A program made the position numbers and the translations under genes. Of a DNA stretch of 38,646 nucleotides, positions 17,858-27,148 are shown piece after piece; position 1 is the stretch's first letter; each line of letters opens with the position of its first letter. Where the stretch lies: the NCBI GenBank assembly GCA_016839515.1, contig JAEOUE010000114.1, positions 1 through 38,646 on the forward strand, in the 5' to 3' direction. The DNA is from Candidatus Hodarchaeum mangrovi (lineage in GTDB: Archaea; Asgardarchaeota; Heimdallarchaeia; Hodarchaeales; Hodarchaeaceae). Under the pieces are notes generated by a model. That model saw only the letters and a list, made by a program, of their open reading frames with translations, was not told the DNA's origin and did no database searches.

Positions 17858-20800
17858 CTATAATTTTTCTTGGTTATATTCCACTAATAACCCAAGTTCA
17901 ATTACTCTATCAAAGAATTTAATTGCCTGACTCCGTTTGTATTTCTTAGCTAAAAAGGAGATAATTTGCTCTGAAAATAGAATTTGCATGGCCTGATTTT
18001 CGGAATAGAGATGCTTTATATAAGAAAACATCTTTTTCTCTTTACGGTTAAGCTTAACCCCATTTAATGCTAGTACACCTTCATTAATTGCAAAAGCAGA
18101 AAAATAATGGAGCGGAATATGTTTTCGTATCATCTTTTTTATTACTGATTCAGGAAATTGCTCTGAGGAGAAGATTTCTTTTAAGCTATCTCCAAAGGCT
18201 AGCTCAAATTCAAACCCTATTGCTCCGAGTCGGTTTCTGAAATGATCTGGAAGAGGTTCTTCAGAAATAATAATGATACTCGAATTTTCTCCGTTCCAGA
18301 TTAGCATATAAAATCCCTCTTTACTTATAGTTTCAAATCGTTCCGCTGGAGTACCGTTTTCAGTTCGACGTGCCCTCATACCTTCTGAAATATCTTCTAT
18401 AAATGTAGAAATTGCTGTAGACACTCCTGATAAGGCATCAGTATCAGTTTTTGTTTCTATTAGTGTCTTTTCTGAATATAATGCCAAACCAGATGCATGT
18501 CTAAAGAGTATCAGTTGAATAGATTTAACCTCCTCAAAACTCTGTTCAATGTCCCATTCATACTTTTTTACTTTTATAGAATGGCTTTTACGCATTTTTC
18601 TTAACTGGTATACTCCTGTTACAGCTAAAACTACGATAATCAATCCAATAATTAGTGGAAGAAGTATATTTAACAAGTTAAAGGGAGCTTGAATTAACGG
18701 GAGGTCTTCTGATGGCATTATGTATGTGAAGGGGTAACTAGAAGGAGAAGAAGCCACATTTACTTTTACTTCTTGGATAGAGTCTGCATAAAAAGTATTT
18801 TGACCACTTATGGTATAAGTTGCCTTGTAAGTAGCATCAGTAATGGCTGTACCTTCAAATGTTCTCAAAGTCCCATTTCTATATGCAATTATGATGTCAA
18901 ATTCAATAATTATCCCTTCTAAAGAGGCTAATCTATATGCTGCTCCCCATCCTCCACTTAGTGATTCATTACTATAACTCAAAGTAACAATGAAATCAAT
19001 ATCTTCACCCCATTCAACTCTGGATCCTTGTGGAACTTGAATAGAGACAGATAATTGTCGTCCAATTAAGTCTAATGAAAGATTTATTACTTGGGATTCA
19101 TAACCATAAGATATTATCATTAAAGTAAGATTATATAATCCCCAATGGAATCCAGAGGTTGAAAAATCTATAAAGAAAGGATATTGATCAATATCAAGAA
19201 TATAATTGCTTGAAGAAACGTCACTCCCATTCATCCATAGTCTGATCCAATCAATCGGAATTAATTCTCCCATTTCATTTTTATATTCTTCTCCAATAAT
19301 ATGAACTGTATCCTCGACTAGGATGGAGTCATTATAAATAAAATTTTCAATATTTAAGGGTTGAGTAGGCATGATAACTACAATAAAAGAGATAAAATAT
19401 ATTGTTTCTTCAAAAAAAGTGGTAGAAAATCGAATTGTAACAGTAAAGCATCCTAATTCTACTGCATTGATATTAAACACATGGGTACCATTTGAAAAGT
19501 TTTCAATGAAGGAGAAATATATGGACCCATTCCCTTCAACGATTGGATTTGAGTCAATTATACCACTATTATTAAAAATATCCTTCCAAATAATTTGAAC
19601 TGCATAAATTTCTGAAAAACGGAATGTACTATCTTCTCCAATGATACTTGCATTATTTGGGGATGTTTCAATGCCAAAAAATGCTGGTACAGGTAAAATA
19701 TCGATTTGTAAAATCAAATTTTGAGATTTAAACCCATATAGCTGAAAATTAATAGTGATTGAATAACTTCCTATTAGATCTGCGAGAATTTTGAATGTAT
19801 AATTTCCATTACTATCATTTTGAAGGATAATCCAATCATGTGAGATATTTATTATGCTGTCATTAATTAGGATGGTATCACTACTTGGATTTTGTGGATT
19901 AGGGATGGATTGCCAAACAGCTGAGAAATATGTATCTTGTGTCCAATAGGTGGAAATTAAAGAAGTATCTGAAATAAGTTCTGATTCAGCTTCTTTAACA
20001 ATAAAGGTAATACGATAATCAACATATTGATGATTAGGTTTATCAAACCTGATGATAAGAGCACTAGTAGAACCAATTATCCATGCGTGATAAGAAAAGG
20101 TATGGAACCCATTAGAAACGTTCCAAAACGTCACATTCACAGGAAGATTACCTTCAAAACTTGTAATATCAACAGGAAGCTCATTGTCATCCTTGATATA
20201 TACTTGGAAATAATAGACGTCTCCATATTGAAGAAAACCTACATCGCTTACCCATAGATTCTCATGAGTTGAAAGGTCATTGTCAATAATTAAGGCTCTT
20301 TCAGTTACCTCAAATCGTAATATAAGGTTAAGAGCTGTATATTCTACTGTTTCAAAAGTAAGATTGATGGTTACTATTCCAATATCTCCAGCAGTAAATT
20401 TAAAATAGTGTGTACCATTTATTTTGACTGAATTTAGAAATATTATGGAAGAATCATTGCTTAATACTCCATTAGAGTCATTTATATACTCCCCATACTC
20501 ATTCTGCCATACCACCCAAAATTCAAGTGATAAGCTTGATTGGATTTTAGCGTTATTTGGACTATTCATAATATTTGGAGATAATAATCCAAAGAAAGAG
20601 TTTCCTGGTTCAATCGTATAATAAAATTCAAGAATTAGAGATGTATAATTTTCATGGCTAAATAATACTTGAATGAAGAATGTACCAATTTCTACACCAT
20701 CAAAAATGAGAGTCCAGTTCAGATTTCCGTGTTGAAGAGAAGTTAGGGAAATGGATGAATCTTTATAAACAATTATCTCTGTAAGAGTAAGATTTAGATT

Positions 20801-23800
20801 TGTTCCTCTATTCAGTTCATAATATCTAAAAGAGATCGATAGGTTATCATAATCCGTAGAGGAATAATATCTAGTGAAATTACTTGTACCATTAACCAGA
20901 TTCTCTCCACTTAATGTATCAATTCCAATTAAATCTACGAATGGACTCTTAATGACATCAAAAATTACCGTGATCAAAGCAGAGTTAAAATTCTCTAGTG
21001 TAAATGTGATAGTAATAGATTGAATCCCCAAAGTTACTTCATTAGAACTATAGGCAAATTCAAACCAGTAGAGATCCCCTGTACGATTTAAATATCTTAT
21101 TTTTTCATCATTACTAATTAAAATTGGAACTTGTCCAAAAAAAGTGATGTTTTCATTCCAATCTAAATTCTTAAAGAAAAACGCAACTTCAAATGATTCA
21201 TCATAATAGATCTGTGTATAGTTAACATAATCTGTTTGAAGAGATGTTGAAGCATTCTGGATATTTAAAACAATTATAAATTGAGCATCATAATAATTAA
21301 CAAGCTTAAATGTAACATTTATCAAGAAAATCCCTATTTGATTAGGATCAAAGGTTATTGTCCATGAATTATCTGTCTCTTCAATAGAACTAGCAATCGG
21401 AATTAATGATTCAATTAAAGGTATACTTGTAGAAAGGTTCCTGAGTGTAAGAATATGATAGTATTGGAAATTAATAGAAACACTATCTAAGGAACTATTT
21501 GAATAAGGAAGAATTATTTCTGTCTGATTATGATAAACACTTTCCATATATTTACTATTGATGTCTGTATAGCCTGGGGTTATTGTTAGAGAGAGATTTA
21601 TTTGACGAGACACATAATTAACGTGTGATGCTGATATTGGGATATTTGAAAATATACCTACACCAGCGAAATCTGATGAATTTAAGCGGTAGAGATAGGC
21701 TTCTAAAATTGCACTATATTGTGCAGTTAGTCCATTAACTGTGACATCTGCACCTTGAATAGGGCTTCCTGTTGAATTTAGAAAATCGATACGAAGAGTA
21801 ATATTCTCATACCATTCCAAGACTAAATTAGTGGAATTAACATTTAATGAGGTATTGTCAACAAATTTCACATAAATAACTTGAGTCCAATTAACAAAAT
21901 ATGCAACCTGAGTTGTTATTGTTACACTACCATAATCTCCTGGAATCTGACCATTAGTTTGGAACGATACATTATAAGCGTTATCAAATGGTATTTGGTT
22001 CATAAAGCTGTCTTCAGCTGAAGTCCAATTTGCTTCGCACCAAATTTGAGCATTTTTAACGTCAGAATTATTATGGACGGATTTATAGAAAGCGGTAACA
22101 TTAAAAATTTCTCCAATAGTCACTGTTGAATCTGCTTGTATATTAAATGAAGTATTGACATATAATTCTAAATTTCGTGTAAATGTTCCAACCTTGTTTT
22201 TATCTGTATTAATCCAGAAAGCTTGTAAGTTATACGTTCCATTAATATCTGTATTCTGATCTAATGTATTATTGATTGACCATAAATCTGAGACAAGGGT
22301 ATCACTGTATAAAACATCACTTTTAGAAATAATACTTGTACCAATTCCTGCGTTTTCAATCCAATAGGAAGCATTTCCTCCTGCTTCACCAACATTAAAC
22401 TTTAAATCAAGTTCATCCATACTATACGCTTTAAGAGGTAGTGATAAAGGAATACTATTTCGTTCAAGATAAAAATTCGAAATGTAGTTAGCAGCATTAA
22501 AACAGATTAGCCAATTCGTTGTTTCACTTAGTTGACTTGCGTTTACCACCATAGTTGTATTACCATAAGTATAATGGTGAAGGGGATTACCATCCCAAGT
22601 GATATTCTCATTATTGCTAAGATCTGTATACACTGGTTCACTAGAATCATTCCAATAGATTTCAGATCCGTTCCAATCAGCAGGAAACCCAGTAACAGTA
22701 AACATCCTATTTTTAATAATATCAGGAGTATTAATTTGAACTGAGGTAAAAGAAAGATTCCAACAAGCAACTGTCCCATTCTGAATTAAATAAGTTGATG
22801 AAGCTGTAAGGGGATTTAGGGTGTAAGAAAAATTAGCATAATTCTTTAATGTAAATGAAACAGAAGTGTTGGTATAAAAATTATGAGTTAAGGTATCATT
22901 TGCCTCGAAAGAAAACTCTGATAATTCATAATTCCCTTCTGTTGTATTATAGGTCATAGAAATTGCTTCGGGAGTGGTGTAGGTTAATTTATTACCTAAT
23001 GCATCAGTAGGTATTATTCTAATAGCTGAAAGTATGTCCCCTTCTGGAAAGGGATTCAAAGTCCAACTACCTGAGTGAGTCGCTTTTGCTGCCCAATCAC
23101 CGACATCTCCGTTCGTTAAATCGTCTTGTGTATACCAACTCCAAGAACCATAAATTTGGTTTCCTGTATCATTTAATACAATCCAATAAAATCCTTTAGT
23201 CAAATTTATTGGATTAGAGAAAATATAATTAACCCAAGCTGGTCCTATAGATAAACCTAGATCCAAGGATGCAAACCCTTCCTCTAAAGTTATGGTGCCC
23301 AATTGAATCCCTGGTTCTCCATTATCATCGGAAAAGATTGATACATTTCCATGTGGAATCTGACCATCCTTATCCAGATCAATATATCTAATATAAACAC
23401 TTATTTCAGTAATATTGGCATATTCTTCCTTAATTTCAATTTTTTGAGCAGCCTCAAGATACGTAACGGAGTTTCTAATATCAGGATCAGTAGTTTCATT
23501 TTCTATTAATCGCCAATCTTCTTGTGCAGTAACTTCCATTATCTCAAAATGAAGACTACTCTGTTCAAAGTTCATTAGAGTGCTAGTACTATAAGAATCC
23601 TCATGTATTGTAGGATTTCCAAGAAAGATATCATTTATTGTGTTTAAAGACGTGAAGTTTAACTTCGTTAATGAATCATTAACCGAAAAGTCACTTTTCC
23701 CTACCCCAGATTGACTACCAATCATATATGGGATTGACTCAACGGTTATAATTTCTTCTCTTATTTTATTGTTAGAAAAAGTTAAATTAGGCTCTCTCAT

Positions 23801-23977
23801 CAATCTTTTGACTAAAATTCCTTCTTCATTTCGTAAACTCTGTTGAAAAATGTCTTCGGAAGAGATATCATTCATTGAGAAGACTAAATTTATTGGGATT
23901 CCATTAAGTCCTATAAGAGAGACTATGATTAGAGCTAGTAAATAGTTTTTAGTGATGTTACTCGCTTTGTATCTCAT
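17858..23977 (-). CDS. Giant single-pass cell-surface protein: signal peptide, tandem beta-sandwich (Ig-like) repeats, TM, cytoplasmic longin/roadblock-like domain
   Basis: Hydrophobic N-terminus; N/T/S-rich ectodomain with many N-x-S/T and recurring NG(T/F/N)(H/Y)xF units; TM LLNILLPLIIGLIIVVLAVTGVYQL followed by RKMRK; tail IQLILFRHASGLALYS...DALSGVSTAISTFIEDI. Confidence 0.8.
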   Translation of the reverse strand: MRYKASNITKNYLLALIIVSLIGLNGIPINLVFSMNDISSEDIFQQSLRNEEGILVKRLMREPNLTFSNNKIREEIITVESIPYMIGSQSGVGKSDFSVNDSLTKLNFTSLNTINDIFLGNPTIHEDSYSTSTLMNFEQSSLHFEIMEVTAQEDWRLIENETTDPDIRNSVTYLEAAQKIEIKEEYANITEISVYIRYIDLDKDGQIPHGNVSIFSDDNGEPGIQLGTITLEEGFASLDLGLSIGPAWVNYIFSNPINLTKGFYWIVLNDTGNQIYGSWSWYTQDDLTNGDVGDWAAKATHSGSWTLNPFPEGDILSAIRIIPTDALGNKLTYTTPEAISMTYNTTEGNYELSEFSFEANDTLTHNFYTNTSVSFTLKNYANFSYTLNPLTASSTYLIQNGTVACWNLSFTSVQINTPDIIKNRMFTVTGFPADWNGSEIYWNDSSEPVYTDLSNNENITWDGNPLHHYTYGNTTMVVNASQLSETTNWLICFNAANYISNFYLERNSIPLSLPLKAYSMDELDLKFNVGEAGGNASYWIENAGIGTSIISKSDVLYSDTLVSDLWSINNTLDQNTDINGTYNLQAFWINTDKNKVGTFTRNLELYVNTSFNIQADSTVTIGEIFNVTAFYKSVHNNSDVKNAQIWCEANWTSAEDSFMNQIPFDNAYNVSFQTNGQIPGDYGSVTITTQVAYFVNWTQVIYVKFVDNTSLNVNSTNLVLEWYENITLRIDFLNSTGSPIQGADVTVNGLTAQYSAILEAYLYRLNSSDFAGVGIFSNIPISASHVNYVSRQINLSLTITPGYTDINSKYMESVYHNQTEIILPYSNSSLDSVSINFQYYHILTLRNLSTSIPLIESLIPIASSIEETDNSWTITFDPNQIGIFLINVTFKLVNYYDAQFIIVLNIQNASTSLQTDYVNYTQIYYDESFEVAFFFKNLDWNENITFFGQVPILISNDEKIRYLNRTGDLYWFEFAYSSNEVTLGIQSITITFTLENFNSALITVIFDVIKSPFVDLIGIDTLSGENLVNGTSNFTRYYSSTDYDNLSISFRYYELNRGTNLNLTLTEIIVYKDSSISLTSLQHGNLNWTLIFDGVEIGTFFIQVLFSHENYTSLILEFYYTIEPGNSFFGLLSPNIMNSPNNAKIQSSLSLEFWVVWQNEYGEYINDSNGVLSNDSSIIFLNSVKINGTHYFKFTAGDIGIVTINLTFETVEYTALNLILRFEVTERALIIDNDLSTHENLWVSDVGFLQYGDVYYFQVYIKDDNELPVDITSFEGNLPVNVTFWNVSNGFHTFSYHAWIIGSTSALIIRFDKPNHQYVDYRITFIVKEAESELISDTSLISTYWTQDTYFSAVWQSIPNPQNPSSDTILINDSIINISHDWIILQNDSNGNYTFKILADLIGSYSITINFQLYGFKSQNLILQIDILPVPAFFGIETSPNNASIIGEDSTFRFSEIYAVQIIWKDIFNNSGIIDSNPIVEGNGSIYFSFIENFSNGTHVFNINAVELGCFTVTIRFSTTFFEETIYFISFIVVIMPTQPLNIENFIYNDSILVEDTVHIIGEEYKNEMGELIPIDWIRLWMNGSDVSSSNYILDIDQYPFFIDFSTSGFHWGLYNLTLMIISYGYESQVINLSLDLIGRQLSVSIQVPQGSRVEWGEDIDFIVTLSYSNESLSGGWGAAYRLASLEGIIIEFDIIIAYRNGTLRTFEGTAITDATYKATYTISGQNTFYADSIQEVKVNVASSPSSYPFTYIMPSEDLPLIQAPFNLLNILLPLIIGLIIVVLAVTGVYQLRKMRKSHSIKVKKYEWDIEQSFEEVKSIQLILFRHASGLALYSEKTLIETKTDTDALSGVSTAISTFIEDISEGMRARRTENGTPAERFETISKEGFYMLIWNGENSSIIIISEEPLPDHFRNRLGAIGFEFELAFGDSLKEIFSSEQFPESVIKKMIRKHIPLHYFSAFAINEGVLALNGVKLNRKEKKMFSYIKHLYSENQAMQILFSEQIISFLAKKYKRSQAIKFFDRVIELGLLVEYNQEKL
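23006..23452 (-). repeat. Duplicated coding segment, copy in the giant protein (paralogous to 24565-25011)
   Basis: 149 codons AAQKIEIKEEYANITEISVY...AIRIIPT align without gaps to the other copy; 104/149 aa identical by hand count. Confidence 0.9.
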
Positions 23978-24052
23978 AGCTTTAATCCCCTTTGTTTCAG
24001 GGGTTTATTTTAATGTTTCATAGGAGGGTCTTTGATAAATTACTAGGCCTAA

Positions 24053-24082
24053 TCATTATTAAAGATGTCATTATTAAAGATG
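24053..24082. repeat. Perfect 15-bp tandem duplication (TCATTATTAAAGATG x2)
   Basis: Copies at 24053-24067 and 24068-24082 in the intergenic gap. Confidence 0.85.
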
Positions 24083-24126
24083 GAAAGTGAGGTAACAGTG
24101 CATTGATATTGATGATAGCTGATTGC

Positions 24127-25215
24127 TTAGTTGATACCTAAATTCCAATGATCCCAAGTAAGAATAATAACAGTATTGTGGGAAAGAGTTCTTGTAGGTG
24201 TTTGATGTACGAGTTTAAGGATGATAGTAAGAGAAATAAAAGTGGATGTGGATGGTTCTATCTGAAGAAGGAAATCTTCAACAAAAGATTTTATATTACA
24301 TCGGATCATTCCATAAATGACCTTATCAGAGGAATCAGATGTGTAGCCACTTGTTTTATCGGGTATATGAATAACACAGATTGTAGCTGTTTCAAGAGAA
24401 AATTTATTTGATTTTGACCTGTAAAGTCTATTAGATTTTGTTATTATTGCAGAAGAGTCTTCTATTGTTATTGTTAAGTTATAACTCCATTTACCATTGC
24501 CTGGATGAGTGAAGATATAACTATATGTATCTTCTTCCTCTGGGGGAATCTCAGGAGGAGGATTTGTTGGAACAATTTTAATCTTTGAGAGCATATCACC
24601 TGGTGGAAAAGGATTAAGAACCCAACTACCAGTATGACTTGCTTTGGCTGCCCAATCACCAGAATCTCCATTAGTCATGTCATCTTGAGTAAACCATTCC
24701 CATGAACCAAAAGCTTGTTCCCCTGTATCATTTAAGACGATCCAATAAGATCCTTGGGTTATCATTATGGGAGTAGCAAATAGACAATTAATCCATGTAG
24801 GACCTATAGAGACACCTAAATCAAGTGGTCCAAACTTCTCTTCTAAGGTAGTCGTACTTAATGGAACCCCTGGAAGCCCATTATCATCAGTTAAAATTGA
24901 AACTGTCCCATGTGGGGTTTTTCCGTCCTTTGCTACATCAATATATGTAAGGTATACACTTATTTCTGTAATATTTGCATATTCCTCGGTAATTTCAAAT
25001 TTCTGAGCTGCAGTGATATAAGTGAGAGAAAGTCGTCCATCTAAATCCTCAATTTCATCTTCAATTGTCAGCCAATATTCAGAATCTGTAGTTTCACCGA
25101 ATATATCTAGGAGTGAAGAGTTTAGAGTGAGGAGACATATCATAGTAACTATGAGTAATTTAAAACAAACTCTAGTAAAGTTGTGCGTTTTCATAACAGG
25201 TAAAGTTGATACCAA
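24127..25215 (-). CDS. Secreted or N-anchored protein sharing a beta-rich domain with the adjacent giant protein
   Basis: Hydrophobic N-terminus, shared 149-aa domain, Pro/Glu linker PTNPPPEIPPEEED, unrelated C-terminal domain, no C-terminal TM. ATG at 25194 is the likelier start. Confidence 0.8.
   Translation of the reverse strand: MVSTLPVMKTHNFTRVCFKLLIVTMICLLTLNSSLLDIFGETTDSEYWLTIEDEIEDLDGRLSLTYITAAQKFEITEEYANITEISVYLTYIDVAKDGKTPHGTVSILTDDNGLPGVPLSTTTLEEKFGPLDLGVSIGPTWINCLFATPIMITQGSYWIVLNDTGEQAFGSWEWFTQDDMTNGDSGDWAAKASHTGSWVLNPFPPGDMLSKIKIVPTNPPPEIPPEEEDTYSYIFTHPGNGKWSYNLTITIEDSSAIITKSNRLYRSKSNKFSLETATICVIHIPDKTSGYTSDSSDKVIYGMIRCNIKSFVEDFLLQIEPSTSTFISLTIILKLVHQTPTRTLSHNTVIILTWDHWNLGIN
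24565..25011 (-). repeat. Duplicated coding segment, copy in the 362-aa protein (paralogous to 23006-23452)
   Basis: AAQKFEITEEYANITEISVY...KIKIVPT, 447 nt, same length as the other copy. Confidence 0.9.
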
Positions 25216-25232
25216 ATTGAATATATTTAATT

Positions 25233-25319
25233 AACTAGATACTCCCTCCGCAGGCTCTTTTCCGGCCTCAGTGCTTTTATGTATATCTAGAGAAAGCATG
25301 CGAGTATAGGGAATCAGTT
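25233..25319 (-). ncRNA. Candidate structured RNA element (three-way junction), family unknown
   Basis: GC-rich island in AT-rich spacer. Minus strand pairs ATTCCCT/AGGGAGT (one G-U), CGC/GCG, TGCTTT/AAAGCA and AGGC/GCCT. Confidence 0.4.
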
Positions 25320-25855
25320 CTCAAAAAATAGCATATTATTAAGATAGTTATTTTGTGAAAAGAAGCCGACAATTTTCAAAATATTGGCTTAATACACCAT
25401 CCCAAAAGTATTGGACCATTTAATAATTATTTTGTTTACTAAAATCAAAAAATTCATCTTCCTAAGATTATATGGTAGAATTACGTTTATTAATTCTTTC
25501 AGATTAAGAAATTTTATATAATCTTACTGGTAGAAAGATTTGTTTCTAAATTTCTATTGATTCTTTCTTTTACTTAATCTATATTAATTTTTTAAGTGTA
25601 TTAAGGGTTTATTGAACTCTAATAATAAATAGTAATAAATATGGCAGGTAAGAAAATAATTAGTTGATTAATCGCCTCTTTCAGAGATAATAATCGCCAT
25701 TTTAATTTTCTTATTCTTGCTAATAGCTTAAAAACTTTTGGTTTCAAGGAAAAGATTATAAAAACCTAGTTCTTTCTCTATAAGTGTATTGAAAGATTTA
25801 ACTATAATTAACAGCTTAGAAATTGGTCAAATCCAACCATCAAAGATAGTTAATG

Positions 25856-26923
25856 TTACTTTTTTTTATAATTATAGAGAATTAAGAGGATCCCTAGAAA
25901 TACTACTCCAAACTCAAAACCTGGTATTCTGGTACCCGATTTAATACTTCCTACATCACGTTCTATCTCGATAATACTCTCATTTGTTTTAATCTCTATA
26001 GAAACAGAGTATTTTCCTGTTGGAAGATCTGTTATTTGTGCATCATAACTATTTTCTTTTTCTGGGGAAAAGCTATAAGTTTTAACCTCTGTTCCCTGAT
26101 TATTAGTTAAAATTGCTCTGACTCTATAAAAATCAATTGCATTCCCAGTTAAATTATTCTGCTTAAATAAGGAGACCGTCAATGTATAATTCGATGACTT
26201 TTGTACTATATTTAATTTAGAGAGGTATGAATAACCTAGTATTTCTCTCAATACAGTCTCACAAAGTTCACGATGGGGTGCAGTTAAATAGCCGCCTCCA
26301 GTCAGTCCTCCTCCAGATCCTCCAGATATAATTCGTTTATCTCGTATAACTCTAGAATAGTATTCTATTATTGCTCCACTATTTTCCAGATAATTTGTTG
26401 CAGAATCATGTGCAACCATGTGAACTCCATTTATTATCTCTGATTCAGATAAAATAGCCATTCCTACGCAGATTGATCCAATCACTAATCCTTTGTTATA
26501 AGCCATCGTTATAAGATCATGGAGATTGTCTTGAACTAACATCGAAGACCAATAACCTCCTGAAGGTATAAGCAACGCGTCAAAGTCAGTGAGTAGATCC
26601 TCGGTTATTTGCTTAACAGTAATATTTGTATCAATAAAGATAGGATTCTCCCCACGATTTGTACACGCAAAATGTTGAGATGTTAAGCCAACAGTCGTGA
26701 TTATAACACCCATTTCTTGTAAAATATCTCGTAATTCAAAATATGAATATCCAACATAGTCAGCCACAAAAATTAGTACCTTAATTTCTGATAAATCAGT
26801 CTTAATGGATTTGGTTCCAGAGATCCTTATCTCTGTAATATTAGAAATACGATTAAACGGATAAAAAAATCCAGTTATGACAAAAAGAAGAATTAGAATG
26901 CTATAATTTTTCAAATACTTCAC
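25856..26923 (-). CDS. Secreted DJ-1/PfpI family protein with C-terminal PGF-type (Heimdall/PGF-CTERM-like) anchor
   Basis: Signal-like N-terminus; KVLIFVAD, FELRD, FDALLIPSGG, nucleophile elbow GSICVG, VIRDKRIISG; beta-rich domain; ends IPGFEFGVVFLGILLILYNYKKK. Confidence 0.85.
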   Translation of the reverse strand: MKYLKNYSILILLFVITGFFYPFNRISNITEIRISGTKSIKTDLSEIKVLIFVADYVGYSYFELRDILQEMGVIITTVGLTSQHFACTNRGENPIFIDTNITVKQITEDLLTDFDALLIPSGGYWSSMLVQDNLHDLITMAYNKGLVIGSICVGMAILSESEIINGVHMVAHDSATNYLENSGAIIEYYSRVIRDKRIISGGSGGGLTGGGYLTAPHRELCETVLREILGYSYLSKLNIVQKSSNYTLTVSLFKQNNLTGNAIDFYRVRAILTNNQGTEVKTYSFSPEKENSYDAQITDLPTGKYSVSIEIKTNESIIEIERDVGSIKSGTRIPGFEFGVVFLGILLILYNYKKK

Positions 26924-27148
26924 TTGTTCCTATTAAATTATTAGGAAAAATGAGGGATTTGTTTTATTAAACCTATTATGATGGAGGCAAGAATCAGTTA
27001 TTTCAGATCACATTTACCTGTAATTTATTTCTGTGCTTTCTCACTCCATCGGAGTACTTTTTTTTCTTAGTTCTATGCCTAATTAAGTCTTTAAAATAAA
27101 AATTTATGATCATTTCCTGCGTAAAAGAGTTTATTAGGAGCAAAAGAA

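Noticed and set aside
23006-25011. Diversity-generating retroelement TR/VR pair
   Set aside because: Differences are not adenine-specific (for example ACT AAT versus ACG AAC), both copies lie inside intact ORFs, and no reverse transcriptase is present.
25241-25314. TPP riboswitch, hammerhead ribozyme or tRNA
   Set aside because: CTGAGG and AGGGAA resemble fragments, but the TPP CUGAGA/CCUGA core, the hammerhead CUGAnGA...GAAA arrangement and the tRNA T-loop are not present. Kept only as an unknown structured element.
25669-25698. TAATCGCC direct repeat at 22-bp spacing in the long spacer
   Set aside because: Only two 8-bp copies; too weak to call without comparative data.
27043-27065. Intrinsic-terminator-like ACTCC-ATC-GGAGT followed by a T run
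   Set aside because: 5-bp stem with a 3-nt loop in a divergent spacer with no plus-strand gene upstream to terminate; likely chance.
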